Below, piece by piece: positions 43,298-53,097 of a stretch of DNA of 64,000 bases. Position numbers and translations under genes: made by a program. The notes beneath the pieces were generated by a model that was not told the origin of the DNA, did no database searches, and saw only the letters and a list, made by a program, of their open reading frames with translations. Origin of the DNA: Mayamaea pseudoterrestris. Taxonomy: Eukaryota. Each line of letters starts with the position of its first letter. Position 1 is the stretch's first letter. Location: assembly GCA_027923505.1 (NCBI GenBank), contig BROI01000013.1, positions 310,001-374,000 of the forward strand. Direction: 5' to 3'.

Positions 43298-45611
43298 TCA
43301 ACTGCCAGGTTCACTTGGCTTCTGCGAAAACTCCAACAAGCTTGTCTGTCGAAACCCGTCATACTCGGATACACTAGTGTGACTGTCGCCACCACCACCG
43401 CCAGGTCCAGGTAGAATGGATCGTAGCATTTGAAAAATTGAAATGCGAGGAGCGTCCGTGCTCCCATTGGTTTCAGATTCGTTCTCTTGTGCTGCAAGCA
43501 CCACGTTGCTCGTATTATTCTTTTGCTCCAGCAATGCATCAATCTGCCGATCCAAATCAAAGGCCGAGACCCATATGCTTGTCACTGCTTCCGTCTGCCC
43601 AATGCGTCTTACGCGGTCTTCTGCTTGCAAGGCGTCTCCTGGCGTCCATGGACGATCAAGAAGAATCACCGTGCAGGCCGCCGTCAAGGTTAGCCCCACG
43701 CCGCCTGCTCCAAAAGTCACGACAAAGACTGGGGCTAAACCATTCTGAAAGTCGTCGACCAAGCCTTGTCGTTTCTTTGGTGGGGTTTCGCCAGTCAACA
43801 AATGTCCGTCCCAACCTGACTCCTTCAATCGCTTATGCACCAACTTGGCAACGTCGACAAAGCTTGTAAAGATTACCACTGCTGGCTCCTTTTCTAGCGT
43901 TTGCTGCGCGAGCTGAACTGTTGCATCCACCTTGGCGAAACTTCCAACGAGTCGGACCTTTTGCACAGCTCCTAGAATGGAGTCATTCTTGTCGACGGTA
44001 GACCCCGGTGCCGGCGTTGCATGATATACTCTTGCCAAGTCTTTGAGGGCATGTGTATGCTGTAGTTGACACTTGGCGCTCACAGGTACATTGTGAATGA
44101 CTCGCGTCTTTGGAGGCAGTTCCTTCATGACACTGTCCTTGGTGATATGCAGTACGTGGGATGCGACGAGCTCGCGCAGCTGCACAAGGTTTGACGCTCC
44201 ACTGGCGTTCCAAACGGCGCGTGCGCCAAAGTGTTGTTGAAAGCCAGCGCAAAAGTGAGTCTCGTACTCGCGCTGGTGGTTTCCAAATGGGTGCTGGACA
44301 GCCTTTAACAAAGGAAAGAGGTTGGCTGGTTTGCCATTTTTCATTGGCGTTCCAGTCAGTAGTAACACGCCGACGCATTTGCAGCGACTAGCTTTTGAAG
44401 TGTTTAACATGAGCTTCAACGCATCCTGTGTCCGCGAGGCTGCCATGGATTGCATTGAATGCGCTTCGTCCGCAAGCACGACGTATTTTGTAACTGCAGA
44501 ATCATCCTTTGGTGCAACTGTGAAGGAAGGTACCTTTGCCCAAGAGGCAATGCAAACATCAGTAGTCGTCCAATCGCAAGGCTCCATGTCTTGGACCTTC
44601 AAGCTTGTTGCTTGCTCCGCCGTTCGCTTCCATTCCGCTTTGAGCGAGACTGGGCAAATGACAATGACTTTGACTCGATCAAAGGTGCGTTGAAAGGCCC
44701 GAGCCCATACGCAGCCCGTCAATGTCTTGCCTCTGTGAAAAAGGGAAAATCAATGTAAGATAATAGGGCGATTTTACAAACATCGGCAAACTTGCGACAG
44801 ACAAAAGAATCGAGTGCGTAGCATATACGTACAAACCCATATCGAGCGCCAGTATCATTCGTCTTCGAGTCAATCCCCTCAAAATGGCTTGCTTTTGATG
44901 CGAAAAAAGAGTCCATCCGTTGTCAAGAGGCTCGGACAGCGTGGCATGCCTAACGAGTCGTTTACGTATACTTTCTTGCTCATCGTTGCCATGTTTGTCG
45001 TCATCATCGGGTGGAGGCGGAATGGGATATTGGAATCGAAGCAATGGTGGCAGCGATTGTATAATTGGAGGATAATGTGTGTCATTCTGCTCAATCGACT
45101 TTTGCTGTATATTTAGTGGCGGCTGGTCTGATTTGTTTTGATTCCAATTGGATGGGCGCAAAGAAGCAACGGCAGTCTGCTGGCTCAGAACAGTATGCTG
45201 CTGCAGTTGAATAACGGCAGCTCCTACGACATGACTATCTATGCATGAAGTCTTGTTTTTGGTGTCCAAAGAAGATGCCGACTGTATTTTTGGTGCGACT
45301 GTGGCGGCAGAAGCGACGGATGCTGGTTCATCGATGGCGGCCTCATTCATTGGCTCAGACGGTTGTTCCACCTGATCAGCCAATACAATTGCAGCGTCCC
45401 AGTCAATGTCTGCATCAAACGATTCGTTTAACACATTATTTGCATTAGCATGAGGCTGTTGCGAGCAAACTGGTTGTTGATGAACAATCGGCTGGATGTT
45501 CTGCAGCTGATGCTGCTGAATGTCTCGGGATCGGTCGCTTGATGGCGCTGCCTCGGACGTTTCAGCGGTTCTTGCTCGTTTCAATGACTTGAGATACGGA
45601 TTCTGTATCAT
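43298..45611 (-). CDS. SNF2-family helicase (SMARCAL1/ZRANB3-like); intron 44733-44832
   Basis: Spliced DMGLGKT, DEAH, LTGTP, GGVGLTLT, QAEDRVRRIGQ. Confidence 0.88.
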
Positions 45612-45767
45612 TTTCGACCTATTGTCTCAAGTGGAGCAGTGAAAATTGCGACGCCATCATCATGGTCAAAGTTGTCGAGCAACCATCGTCGATTGTCGTT
45701 TCAACGAAAATGCATGTCGTAGCGGTTTCCATTTCGTCAGCATGACGTCATTTTCATTTTCGCTGCG

Positions 45768-46709
45768 ATGCCTCGTCTCGCCTCGCACAAACCGCGCTTC
45801 ACCATGATGGTCGAGCCGCAGCAGGACTCGGAGGATGACGACTTGTACGACCTACTTGAGCAATCCTATCAATCTCCAGTCTACCGAGATTACTACGACG
45901 ATCTTACTGTTGATGGTTTGAGAGAGAAGCACGAGTTATTCTGGCTTTGGACAACGGTTGCTGCTGCGCTCGTGTTGCTTGCATTCACTTTTGAAGGTAT
46001 GTGCGAATCATGACTGATTGCTAACTGAGCAGATTGAGAGTCAGCGGTCACGTCAAATATCTCATTTATACTCTTCTTTCGCGCAGAACTATTACGCGAG
46101 TATCTGACGGATCTCTGGACGACCTTTTGGAATACAATTCTCGACGCAGCCGAGTCCCTATCCGATTTTGCATTGATGAATTACGCGGCACAAGCAATAC
46201 GAACCGTACGATTTCGACGACGACAATTAACAGACGTCATGCCGGAACTAGAGCCACTGCCCGCAAAGGCAAGGCTGGATCTTCAGCCGCAGCAGGATAG
46301 CAGGAATCTGCATCATGATCCGGACGATGTGGAACCAGCTTTTATCGATGAATGCGACTTTCCAATCAGCTGGCTCGTCTATCATCCTGTACTCGGTGTT
46401 GTCACGAAAACAATTGCAGATGAGTATCGATCTGACGTAAAATCATCAGATTTGAGTAGCGACGACGAGACGCAAAGCAAGCGTGACAACGCTGGAATGG
46501 CAACCGAGAAGGATGACAACGACAGCATGAGCGACACTTGCCAACCACCTGACACATTTGATCATTCCGTAACAACGTTGAAACATACAAATCCGCTGCC
46601 AAATGGATCCCCATGTACGATTATACATGCGAATGACGGTAGCAATGATCCTTTTGCGATACAAGTACCAAAACCTCCTCCGGTCACGGTCGCTGTGAAT
46701 GGAGGATGA
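45768..46709 (+). CDS. Hypothetical single-TM protein; intron 45997-46086
   Basis: A GTATGT...CGCAG splice joins two ORFs in frame; one hydrophobic helix. Confidence 0.55.
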
Positions 46710-46856
46710 CCAAGCTGCCGCAGTTAGTCTTCCTGGTTAAGTTCGTATACTTGTATAATACTCGTTTTGTGAAGAGGTTATTTATTTTCTTGTAGCAATG
46801 TCTCTATCTTTACTCATGTACGATACGCATCATAGCTCCATCATTCGACTCAATCT

Positions 46857-47873
46857 CTACATGTTCAATCCGTTAAAGACACGTGGAGTCGTTCCATCCT
46901 CCTCAATGATTTCCAGTACCTTGTTGCTAGCCTTGGGGTCAGTCAAGGCGCCGACGCAAACATCAGCCACATAGTCGCGCGAAATTTCTCCAGCTTCTAA
47001 CGCATCCTCTCCGTAAATGCGCAAGTCGCCCGTTGGTGGCTTGGCCTTGAGGCCGCCGGGTCTTACAATCGTGTAGTCAATTCCAGATGCTTTTAAATGA
47101 TTCTCCGCAACCAGTTTCTCATCCAATACGTTGCCAAAGGCATTCGTCACAATAAATCCTGGCGAACTGGCCTTGCCAATGGCGCGCGCATTGGTCAAAA
47201 TGCTGGAGACCATGACAATCTTCTTCACGCCAGCTTGCTTGGCAGCATCAATGAGCTTGCAGGTACCAACATTGTCAACCTCATGCGCCGCTTGGTTCAT
47301 TTTCAAGGGATTGCCTGGAACGAAACCAACGGCAATGATCAAAGCGTCGGCGCCGGCAAGTGACGTGGTTGCCATGTCATCCACACTATCCTTGGCAACG
47401 TCAAGTTTCTTCAAGCTAACATTGGCACTTGAGCTGACGGCGGCAACGTTCTGCACCATGGCGCCTCTGACGACGGTGGATGATTCCGACAGCGCCTGCG
47501 TGGCCTTGTCCACGTTGCGCACGCCTCCAATCACCTTCAGAGACGATTGGGAGGCGAGCCGCTCGAGGATGCGTCGACCCGTTTGACCCGTAGCGCCAGC
47601 GACGACAACGGTTTGGATCGTTGCAGCATTGGCGGCGAATGACAATGATGACGGTCCGAATGATAGAGGAATTTTACTTGCAAACGTTACGGCTGCAACC
47701 GTAGAAACGGCGGTGCGAAAGGCTTGCCGACGATCCAAAAAGTAGTTATCATGCTCGTGTTCATTGCTGCTTGCGCCAGCTAGTACTCGCGTACCAAAGG
47801 ATGGACGAGCACTTGGTGCAAAGGCAGCAGACGGTGCTACCAGTAGGGAACAGACAATGACAAAGATCTTCAT
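46857..47873 (-). CDS. Plastid NAD(P)-binding protein (Tic62-like atypical SDR)
   Basis: SAAFAP presequence, DRR motif, VAGATGQTG, TIVRPGGL, ISRDYVA. Confidence 0.85.
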   Translation of the reverse strand: MKIFVIVCSLLVAPSAAFAPSARPSFGTRVLAGASSNEHEHDNYFLDRRQAFRTAVSTVAAVTFASKIPLSFGPSSLSFAANAATIQTVVVAGATGQTGRRILERLASQSSLKVIGGVRNVDKATQALSESSTVVRGAMVQNVAAVSSSANVSLKKLDVAKDSVDDMATTSLAGADALIIAVGFVPGNPLKMNQAAHEVDNVGTCKLIDAAKQAGVKKIVMVSSILTNARAIGKASSPGFIVTNAFGNVLDEKLVAENHLKASGIDYTIVRPGGLKAKPPTGDLRIYGEDALEAGEISRDYVADVCVGALTDPKASNKVLEIIEEDGTTPRVFNGLNM

Positions 47874-47959
47874 GGTGATGGATCGAAACGAATTGTATTG
47901 TGACTCGGATGCGCGATGCGCAAAGATCGCTCACGTCACACTTCAAAACCGGTCCGACT

Positions 47960-48200
47960 CCACAGTCGACTTCCGTTGATAATCAAAGTTTTTGGCACTA
48001 CTGTTTAAGCCACAGTCAGCTTCCGTTGAAAATCAAAGATTATGGCACTACTGTTTGAGCCCTAGTCAGCGTCCGTTGAAAATCAAAGTTTTTGGGTCAA
48101 CTGTTTGAGCCACAGTCAACGTACGTTGAAAATCAAAGTTTTTTTGAGCCACAGTCAATGTACTTTGAAAATCAAAGTTTTTGGCACTACTGTTTGATTC
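47960..48200 (-). repeat. ~50-bp tandem array, family B variant (5 cores), inverted relative to the 37849 array
   Basis: CCGTTGAAAATCAAAGTTTTTGGCAC (reverse complement of the family B core) at 47973, 48023, 48073, 48123, 48162. Confidence 0.9.
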
Positions 48201-48300
48201 ACAGATATGATAATCGTACCGGTACACGAAGTCATGACGCGCGCGGATCGCTTGTTCCAGAAACTGCATGACTCGTCTTTGTATCGTCTCATTTACAATC

Positions 48301-49215
48301 ATGGCATCTGCTTTCGAGGAAACCTTTACCGGGATTGTGAATGTTCGTCCTGGTAGAGAGCTGTTTGTTCGCAAGGTTCGAATCGGCAGAGGAGAAAGCT
48401 GCCATACAGAAACGGCGCCAGCAAAGAAAATCTTGCAGGTTGTTTTCGTTCATGGAACTTGCGCAACTCAAGCGCAGTATGAATATCTATTGGCGTCCGT
48501 TGCCAAAATGTCTCAAAGTGAAAGTAAATATAGCGGCATTCAGTTAGACTGTCTCTTGTACGACCTGTTGGCCTGCGGCCAATCACCAATGTCCCGGCGC
48601 TACAGCGACTATGCCAGAAGCGAAACGTGCCAAGACTTGCAGGCGCTATTGGCCGCTCATACGGATCCAAACTTGCCAATTTTGTTCATTGGGCATTCCT
48701 ACGGACCCACTATATTCTTGTACCTTGACAGCAAGTCGCTGGCGAATGTTTTGGGCTACGTATTTATCGGCTCGGCCGTTCGCACCCCCAGCTTTTCGCG
48801 TCAGGATGGAGGACACCAAATTTTTGTGCTGCCACTTTTCATACTTCGATGCTTGCAAAAATCGCTCAACAAGGCTTTTGTCAAGCAAGCTGTACATCCG
48901 GATAATATTGAAATACAGCAATTGTCCTTGGACGAGTGTTTCCATAATGACATGTTCATGGCCAAGGCGTACCACACGCAGTCGCGATGGACAACTCCGG
49001 AGCAAGCTGTAAAAGTAATAAAAAACAAGCCATGTCTTGTCATTCATGGGGCAGATGATGGCATTATATCGATTACTGCTGCTCAGGAACTAGCGAATCT
49101 TCTCAAGACTCCTTTGCATGACGTTGCAATGGCGAGTCACTTGGTCATGATGGAGCAACCTGACAAAGTTGCCTCGCTGATCTTGGATTTTATAGTCGAC
49201 AAGTGTATCACTTGA
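48301..49215 (+). CDS. Alpha/beta hydrolase
   Basis: VFVHG, GHSYG nucleophile, IHGADD, SHLVMME. Confidence 0.85.
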   Translation: MASAFEETFTGIVNVRPGRELFVRKVRIGRGESCHTETAPAKKILQVVFVHGTCATQAQYEYLLASVAKMSQSESKYSGIQLDCLLYDLLACGQSPMSRRYSDYARSETCQDLQALLAAHTDPNLPILFIGHSYGPTIFLYLDSKSLANVLGYVFIGSAVRTPSFSRQDGGHQIFVLPLFILRCLQKSLNKAFVKQAVHPDNIEIQQLSLDECFHNDMFMAKAYHTQSRWTTPEQAVKVIKNKPCLVIHGADDGIISITAAQELANLLKTPLHDVAMASHLVMMEQPDKVASLILDFIVDKCIT

Positions 49216-49252
49216 CTAAATTGGATCATTTTTTCATCAAATTATTTATTGT

Positions 49253-51967
49253 TTAACTATCCTCCGGAATACGGAGAAGCTCGTTCACCTTAGCTGCATC
49301 AAATTCGACACGAGCACTCAAAAAAGCCTTGGCATCCTCAAGCTTGACATCCCAGTTATTCTTTCGCTTTAAACTAGATATCAAGTCCAGCACGTCGTCC
49401 AAATCATCCACATTTAACAGCTTGGCAATCTGTAGCAGTCGTGACAGTGATGGACAGCCTTTCGTCACGGCAGTTGTCGACTGATACTCGGGACCGTAAA
49501 GCTTGTCCTTGGTGTAACTCAGCAAGTCTCGCATGTCCGTATCCAACGCCAGCGCTCCCAGCGAGGAAAAGTCGCACTTGCGCAACGACGTTTCCAAGCG
49601 CTTTGAGACAGTCGCCAGCACCGTCAAAAGTAAATTGTCCCAGAGACGAGGAGCCAGGTAGCTTCGCAGTGGCATTAGAAGCTCATCCAACAGTGAACAA
49701 AGGTGCACCATGTATCCTTCCGACAGCTGCATGAGATTGTACATGTCATCGTCCAAGTTGTAGTTCATCCGAGCCGTGATCCTATCTGTTGCTTTGCCTG
49801 CACCCATGGATCCCATGAAAGTTCCAACGCCACCCTCAGCGCCAACTGCTTCTCCAACAATGGATCGAATGCGTGACTTTAAAACAGATTCAAGTGACTC
49901 AATAGATGCGTCGGCAGCAACTTTGAAACCATCAGAGACGGTCTGCAGTGAGCGCACACACATTCGGAGCTGCTCGGTGTGCTGGTCGGAAGAAAAGCCC
50001 TTGTCCACGGTGGTCATGAGGATGGACTCCAATTGTTCTGTTCGCTGCACAGCCACTTCCAAGTCATTCAAAGTTGCACATGCTCGCGCAATGCCTTCCT
50101 GTTGTTGCTGCTTGCGGACAAGCAAGTCCTTTTGCTGTGCGCCAGCAACGGTGGTGCCTTGCCTAATTAGATTTGAAGCATTAAAAATGCCAGCTGACCC
50201 AACAAGCAAACCTTCACCTGGCTTTAGCAAATTCACTCCCATCTCTTCCGCGCGGTGGCTCAAGACTTCTAGCAATATGTCATTCAGACAATCGACACAA
50301 AAGTTAGTCATGGCGCTGGCCGTTCCAGTGTGACCAGTTGCCAACGCACGCTGCATTCCATGACGAAGCGCATACAAGCAAGTGTCCACCAATGCCGTTT
50401 GCAAGGCTTCATTGTGAATTGAAGCATTTGTACCATCCGTTAGCAAGGAAAGTGGCTGATAGTAGCGCGGATCTGTTTCCGGCTGCACAAAGGCGCGCTG
50501 CATGCTCGCCAGCAACAAGCAATGTTCAATGGCAGCGTACTGTCCACCAACTTCAGCAACGGTTTGATGCAGCTGCGTCATGGGTGAAACAATTTCAGTC
50601 GCCAAGTATTCCTCCTTTTTGTCATTCGCCGTCCATCGCGTGGCTTGCTGCTCGCGCTCCCATCGCAAGTGTCGGGCCTTGTTGATTTCATGACATGTAT
50701 GATGTAGAAACCGCAAGTATGATTCGGAATGTTGGATGCATATGGCCGCTTCCTCCATGGCAGCATCTACATCTGACAGCGTTCCAATGACGACGGAGAA
50801 GCCGCAGTCATCAGCATTTTCATTTGCCGCAGTCGCATCATCGAGCAAGCCGCCACTACTACCTCGACCAGTGTATCGCTCCTCCAGTGCTGCATACACT
50901 TTGGTTGCTTTCAAACTTGTTGTTTTCAGTTGCCGATTGGCTTGGTACGCTCGAAGTAGTGGCAAGACGGCTTGTTCAACCTGTGAATGCACCAGTCGCA
51001 CCACGGCCGCGTCTCCATCCACCTTGTGAAGGCAATGCGACACGAGCGGCAAGTGATGGCGCAGCGTGTTGACGGAAGCATTGTAGACGCGTGCCATTGG
51101 TGCATATGGAGCTTGCTGCTGCTGTTGCTTCATATCGCCTCCTTCCACTGCGGCCACTGCTTGCTGCATGGCTGGTTCAAGTACATTGGACGTGAGAAAC
51201 TGCAAGTACAGTGATAAAGCTTGCTCATCAAGTTGAATGAGCGAAAGGACTGGCGTAAGCTGGCCAATCATTTTCAAATCTCCCTGCTCCACCGCCGCCT
51301 TGTAAAGTTGCAAGACTTGCGTCGCGAGTTGCTCATGCGTCACTTGGAGCTGTTGGAGCGCATAGTCGCCGGCATATTCTCTCGTGCGAGGATCTTGAAG
51401 CTGCTCATGCTGCTGATTTGTTTCATTTGCAGTTTCATCATGTTCAGTTCCATTCGTCTTGCCGCGACTACTACCAGTCTTGTTCCACTCGAGCCACGGC
51501 CGAATCGCCTCCGCCGCCGCCAGCCACGACTCGGCTTGGAGCGCCCGCGACGCAACATCGGAACATTTTCTCAATTCCAATGCCATGCTAACGGCTTCCA
51601 TGTGCTGCTCCACTTGGCGCTTGGAGTCTTCCAGCGATCGAATCTCCCGCGAGGCTTGTGAACCACCCGAAGCAATGCGTGACAGTGAATTGTAAATCGA
51701 GTCGCTGCAGGCAACAGCAGTGTGAATTGGATGATCGACGGATATTTGTGTCAATATTGAAGGCAATTGATAGTCGAACGAGTCGAGTTTGGTTTGTAGG
51801 TTATTGCCGAGCTCGATGGCTTGTTGCTTTGAGGCCTGCGCAAGCAGTTTAAGAGCCTGCACTGGATCGTCGCTCTCTAAAGCATCCGTCATTTCCTTCG
51901 GAATAGAGACGCGGTCTTGAAGGAAACTGACATTGTTTCTATTGTGACTAGCAATTTCACTAGTCAT
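49253..51967 (-). CDS. COG4: Conserved oligomeric Golgi complex subunit 4
   Basis: Long helical protein; FSSLGALALDTDMR and RLLQIAKLLNVDDLDD fit the COG4 C-terminus. Confidence 0.75.
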   Translation of the reverse strand: MTSEIASHNRNNVSFLQDRVSIPKEMTDALESDDPVQALKLLAQASKQQAIELGNNLQTKLDSFDYQLPSILTQISVDHPIHTAVACSDSIYNSLSRIASGGSQASREIRSLEDSKRQVEQHMEAVSMALELRKCSDVASRALQAESWLAAAEAIRPWLEWNKTGSSRGKTNGTEHDETANETNQQHEQLQDPRTREYAGDYALQQLQVTHEQLATQVLQLYKAAVEQGDLKMIGQLTPVLSLIQLDEQALSLYLQFLTSNVLEPAMQQAVAAVEGGDMKQQQQQAPYAPMARVYNASVNTLRHHLPLVSHCLHKVDGDAAVVRLVHSQVEQAVLPLLRAYQANRQLKTTSLKATKVYAALEERYTGRGSSGGLLDDATAANENADDCGFSVVIGTLSDVDAAMEEAAICIQHSESYLRFLHHTCHEINKARHLRWEREQQATRWTANDKKEEYLATEIVSPMTQLHQTVAEVGGQYAAIEHCLLLASMQRAFVQPETDPRYYQPLSLLTDGTNASIHNEALQTALVDTCLYALRHGMQRALATGHTGTASAMTNFCVDCLNDILLEVLSHRAEEMGVNLLKPGEGLLVGSAGIFNASNLIRQGTTVAGAQQKDLLVRKQQQQEGIARACATLNDLEVAVQRTEQLESILMTTVDKGFSSDQHTEQLRMCVRSLQTVSDGFKVAADASIESLESVLKSRIRSIVGEAVGAEGGVGTFMGSMGAGKATDRITARMNYNLDDDMYNLMQLSEGYMVHLCSLLDELLMPLRSYLAPRLWDNLLLTVLATVSKRLETSLRKCDFSSLGALALDTDMRDLLSYTKDKLYGPEYQSTTAVTKGCPSLSRLLQIAKLLNVDDLDDVLDLISSLKRKNNWDVKLEDAKAFLSARVEFDAAKVNELLRIPEDS

Positions 51968-52271
51968 CGTGTTAATTGTCGAATTGGAAGTCAAATAATC
52001 AGGCTTGGTCGTTTCCAAATTTGGCTGAGGTGACAGCCAGCATCATGGTGGATTGAGCGGTCGAGCGGTTTCTCGCCGCCACAAGGTTGGGTTCGATGCT
52101 GGCGTCGTGTACCGCTGCGTCGTGAACGAGTGACTCAGCTCTCTCAAGGAAGTCGTTCGCGTTCCACCATGGAGCCGTCATAAAAAATCTCAAGGTGCAA
52201 TCCAGTACAAAAGCAAGCATCTACTCTCTTTCTTTCTCGTCATAATCTCTCTCATATAAAGGCAACGCATC

Positions 52272-52970
52272 ATGGGATCAGTCATTGGAAAAACCGGCGT
52301 CGCCGAACCAGCCTATGAAGTCCTTTTCAAGCAGCATGCGAGTGACACTTTTCCCTACGAAATCCGAAAGTACGGTCAAAGGTTCGCAGCCCAAGCAACC
52401 TTTACTTCCAACGATGGTGACGATCGGAGTACGCCGTTTCGTCTCTTGGCCAAGTATATTGGAGTCTTTGGAACGCCCGAGAATGAAGGAAGTAAAGCCA
52501 TTGCCATGACGGCGCCAGTTGCCATTTCGGACAAGCCAACAAGCATTGCCATGACGGCTCCCGTTATCATGAGCAACAAGGACGCCACCACCAAGACAAT
52601 GGACTTTATTCTTCCAGCTGAATATGACTCCTTGGAAAAGATTCCAAAGCCAACCAATCCGGCCGTGATGATTCACGCCATTCCGCCGCAGGTTGGAGCA
52701 GTACATCAATACTCTGGGTCCATGCGCGAGAATGATTGTAAGAACAAAGCGACGCAACTAGTTAAGCAATTGCAGAAGGATGGAGTCAAGGAATTGACAG
52801 AGGACCAAGCGTTGCAGAATTACGAGTATTGGGGATATAATCCTCCCTTTACGTTGCCAATGTTTCGTCGTAATGAGGTTTGGATTCCACTGGATGAAGC
52901 GCAGGTGGCAAGCTTGGTGAGTGGCACTGGCGGCGTTGGATCAGCGACAGGTGTCACTGATATCAACTAG
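52272..52970 (+). CDS. SOUL heme-binding protein
   Basis: EPAYEV, YEIRKY, FRLLAKYIG, IAMTAPV twice, YNPPFTLPMFRRNEVWI. Confidence 0.9.
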   Translation: MGSVIGKTGVAEPAYEVLFKQHASDTFPYEIRKYGQRFAAQATFTSNDGDDRSTPFRLLAKYIGVFGTPENEGSKAIAMTAPVAISDKPTSIAMTAPVIMSNKDATTKTMDFILPAEYDSLEKIPKPTNPAVMIHAIPPQVGAVHQYSGSMRENDCKNKATQLVKQLQKDGVKELTEDQALQNYEYWGYNPPFTLPMFRRNEVWIPLDEAQVASLVSGTGGVGSATGVTDIN

Positions 52971-53097
52971 ATATAAACTACTGTATGATACTATTAGTTA
53001 CTGTTCACAATTACTTTTACTGTTAGTCAACACGTCATGAGAGACGATGGGGCTGGACCAGGTTGCCTCCTTGCAGCCTCAACGACACATTTGCAGA

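Noticed and set aside
37849..48200. The two inverted family B arrays as termini of one ~10 kb transposon
   Set aside because: Only the 26-bp core matches, unit lengths differ, no TSD or transposase is seen, and the enclosed genes are housekeeping.
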